Shown here one piece after another: positions 17,466 through 19,960 of a DNA stretch of 19,960 nucleotides. Made by a program: the position numbers and the translations under genes. The number at the start of each line of letters is the position of its first letter. The first letter of the stretch is position 1. Origin of the DNA: a virus (Duplodnaviria > Heunggongvirae > Uroviricota > Caudoviricetes); IMG/VR virus record IMGVR_UViG_3300029337_000252, positions 1 to 19,960 of that record; one strand, given 5' to 3'. The notes under the pieces were generated by a model that had not been told where the DNA came from, searched no databases, and worked only from the letters and a program-made list of their open reading frames with translations.

Positions 17466-17678
17466 TTAATGTCGGACAAGATAATGTAGTTCCGTTTCAC
17501 CTATAATTTGAGCATCAGAAGGAATACGGTCAATACACCACTTTGGAATCTTGCGTGTTTTTGGTTTGTGTGAGGTGATGTAATGACGGTTATTCTTAAT
17601 TCGTAGCTTTTGTCTATTTGGTTGTAGCTGGAGTCTTTCGCAAACAGACCGAATAGTCTCTAAACGTTCTTCAAACAT
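17466..17678 (-). CDS. Hypothetical small basic protein, 70 aa
   Basis: GAGGTGA SD upstream; same strand and operon as the tail genes. Confidence 0.5.
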   Translation of the reverse strand: MFEERLETIRSVCERLQLQPNRQKLRIKNNRHYITSHKPKTRKIPKWCIDRIPSDAQIIGETELHYLVRH

Positions 17679-17701
17679 TAATCACCTCACATATTGCATA
17701 A

Positions 17702-18418
17702 TCAAACAGCCTTGCTAAATTCTCGTGGAACACTCAGAAAATCATTGAAGCTGATAATCTGTGCCAACTCTTGACGGTACTCCTTAGCCAGCGCTTGATG
17801 GTCACTAATCAGCTTAGCCAGTCTTGATTTCAGCAAATTAATCTCATTTTCTCTTGCTTTCATCAGTTTCTCTTTGGCAATTTCTTCAAGCTCAGCTTGT
17901 GATTTATCAGCAACAATTAGAGACAGTCGATGTGGCGCTCTAATGGCTCTTTCTGTACGAACAACTCTTTGACCTTCTGGTAAATCTGCAATCACTTTAC
18001 CAATCTCTACAGGGTCATACCCCCAACCGTCACGGCCTAGTCGAGAGAAATAAGCATAAGGATTGGTTTGAAGCTCCATCAAAATAGCCATTTCGTCAAT
18101 TTCGTCTTCAAGCTTGGACTGAATTTTCTCGTAAACACTTCTCATTGCTTCTTGAGAGTCTTTAATAGCTTGGAAATATCGGCGTTGTAGCTTCAACTTC
18201 AAATCAAGTTCACACCGTTCGTTCATAGAAAAATCAATTTCAACTCTTGGAATCTCGAGTGGTTCTGGTGGAATATATGGACCTTTATTTACTTCGTGTG
18301 ATTCCCGCCAAGCTCTATCAAAAGATTCACGCAAACTTAATTCGTGAATATCAAGTGCACTTGGTCTGTTCTCAACAATCATTTCGTGTTCATTACGAAT
18401 AGACATTATTTTTTTCAC
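17702..18418 (-). CDS. Hypothetical protein with C-terminal coiled-coil, 238 aa
   Basis: GAGGTGA SD 6 nt upstream; heptad-like, charged C-terminal segment (ELEEIAKEKLMKARENEINLLKSRLAKL...). No motif recognised. Confidence 0.7.
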   Translation of the reverse strand: MKKIMSIRNEHEMIVENRPSALDIHELSLRESFDRAWRESHEVNKGPYIPPEPLEIPRVEIDFSMNERCELDLKLKLQRRYFQAIKDSQEAMRSVYEKIQSKLEDEIDEMAILMELQTNPYAYFSRLGRDGWGYDPVEIGKVIADLPEGQRVVRTERAIRAPHRLSLIVADKSQAELEEIAKEKLMKARENEINLLKSRLAKLISDHQALAKEYRQELAQIISFNDFLSVPREFSKAV

Positions 18419-18978
18419 CTCATTGGTTTTTGTTTGTTTTTCAATTTATAGAAGCACACTCAGCAATCAGAGGTGAAGAGTCTGACTGAACAAGAACCTG
18501 CCAAGTGTGCTTTTAAAAACTGAAAAGCCCTAAACATAGGTGATTCGGATATTCATGGAATCATCCTTATCTGTGAAGGGCTTTGGAGGTTTGCTTATAA
18601 CGTTAACGAAGTTTCAGGAAAACTTTCTTTAAAAGCTCTGTTTAAAAACTCTTAAAGAAACGCCCTAATCATGAGTCAGGGCAAAGCTGTAAAGGATTCA
18701 ATGAATGAACAAAGATTTTTGATATGGCCTATTTAGTGTGGGCTAAATAAGCCATGACGAAAAGCATTGCACCTTTCAGAATAACTATCCCTAGATGTAG
18801 ATGGAATTGTTGAAAGAAATAAGAGAGAATTGCTCTCCCATAATTAAAATTATGCCATGCTTAAGGTTATTTGTCAACAGCTTTTTAACAGATTGGTAAC
18901 ATCAATTTTTATTTACTGTGTTACCTACCCAGCAACCAACAAATAAGCCAAGCAGCGTCCAAGCAATTATTAAACCCA

Positions 18979-19302
18979 TTAGTGAGCCCTCACAGAATCC
19001 GTCACCAAAATACTGTCGCCATACAAAATTGCTATAGCCGCCTTGAGATATTTTTCAGGGCTAACGCTGTATTTGTTCGTTTCTTCGATAACAAGCCTTT
19101 TCATGTTTGAGTCGGTAACGGGAAACATAAAACGTGGTTCACCAGTTTCAATTCCCTGAATAAAACCTTCAATTGCTTCTGAGTTTTCAGCCATTAGCTT
19201 TAGTAATTTATCAAAGTCAATTGATACACCGGAATCAGTGAAAGCCTGCACCATCGTAGCAGTGTCGCTATCAATGAAAATCTGTAATTCATATTCGTTC
19301 AT
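18979..19302 (-). CDS. Hypothetical acidic protein, 107 aa
   Basis: AGGAGA SD upstream; AT-rich phage-like context. Confidence 0.6.
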   Translation of the reverse strand: MNEYELQIFIDSDTATMVQAFTDSGVSIDFDKLLKLMAENSEAIEGFIQGIETGEPRFMFPVTDSNMKRLVIEETNKYSVSPEKYLKAAIAILYGDSILVTDSVRAH

Positions 19303-19460
19303 TTTTAAAATCTCCTTTTTTACCAGACCTCCTCAATCGCTCTGTAACGAGCTAAATAGTCTTTTTCAGGGGTAGCCTGTACAGTGGTATTACCCACCCT
19401 AAAATAGGGTAGTTTTTTTTGCGTTAGAATGCGATTGAGAGCGTCTGAGAAGCTGTTTTT

Positions 19461-19748
19461 CTAATTTCTCTTAAAGTCTCGGACTTGCATAAGATTTTTT
19501 GGTCTGGTATCGGCTCTGTTACCATTTCGATGGATGATTTGCTTATTGGATTGATAGCCATGATAAAGGAACCAGACAACATATTTCACGCAGAAAGTGT
19601 ATCGGCCTATATTAAATGTTTTGTTGCCGTAGTCGTCGGTATTTATCGTGACCGACTCTCCATCAGACCAGCACAGGGAATCACTGGATTCATCATAGGT
19701 AAGTTGTTCTGTAAAATATCGCCTAACATCTTCATGCCAAGGTTTCAT
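19461..19748 (-). CDS. Small HNH_3-type (phage homing-endonuclease-like) protein, 95 aa
   Basis: C-terminal block YHGYQSNKQIIHRNGNRADTRPKNL fits the H-x-NG-x(3)-D-x(4)-NL pattern of standalone phage HNH proteins; GAGGAGG SD upstream. Confidence 0.65.
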   Translation of the reverse strand: MKPWHEDVRRYFTEQLTYDESSDSLCWSDGESVTINTDDYGNKTFNIGRYTFCVKYVVWFLYHGYQSNKQIIHRNGNRADTRPKNLMQVRDFKRN

Positions 19749-19960
19749 AAAACCTCCTCACCCCAATAACCTAATTCAATCTTGTGACGCTCAAACCATT
19801 CCGGTTTAACTGCTGCTTTCAGTGTTTCATTTGGGCCAATGACTTTAATGAAAATATCTCTTGAGTTAAAGATGTCACCGAATCCGTTTCCTTTAATCAG
19901 GAGGTCGGAGATGTAGCGAATCATTTTATCTGTGTGGTATTCAAAGGTAACGCATAGCAT
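19745..19960 (-). CDS. Hypothetical protein, 71 aa
   Basis: ORF whose ATG coincides with the last three bases of the window; 4-nt overlap with the downstream HNH_3 gene. Confidence 0.55.
   Translation of the reverse strand: MLCVTFEYHTDKMIRYISDLLIKGNGFGDIFNSRDIFIKVIGPNETLKAAVKPEWFERHKIELGYWGEEVL

Overview
This window is a genomic-island junction next to nanS and is dominated by a P4-like satellite prophage whose cos-to-int cargo slot holds an unrecognised two-gene operon, the main candidate for a novel system. Order along the window: (1) nanS-like SGNH esterase (1-981) and a convergent HNH nuclease gene (989-1639). (2) A GC-rich P4-like satellite (about 2406-12191) with an attL-like tRNA-Leu 3' end fragment, crr-like direct repeats, alpha primase/helicase, orf106, orf151, an epsilon-like gene, an immunity-type leader, vis/AlpA, ori-like TGTTCACC iterons, sid-delta-psu and a P2/P4-type cos site. 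(3) The cargo slot (10239-11749, about 30% GC by eye): a 308-aa soluble protein translationally coupled to a 194-aa four-helix membrane protein. (4) A 3' integrase fragment cut off by an IS21-family element (istA/istB, about 12192-14748). (5) An AT-rich phage tail module on the minus strand (tape measure protein, HNH_3-type small nuclease, several unknowns), whose first gene is also truncated by the IS. All calls are from reading the sequence and ORF track; no searches were run, and P4 protein sizes and motifs are quoted from memory.
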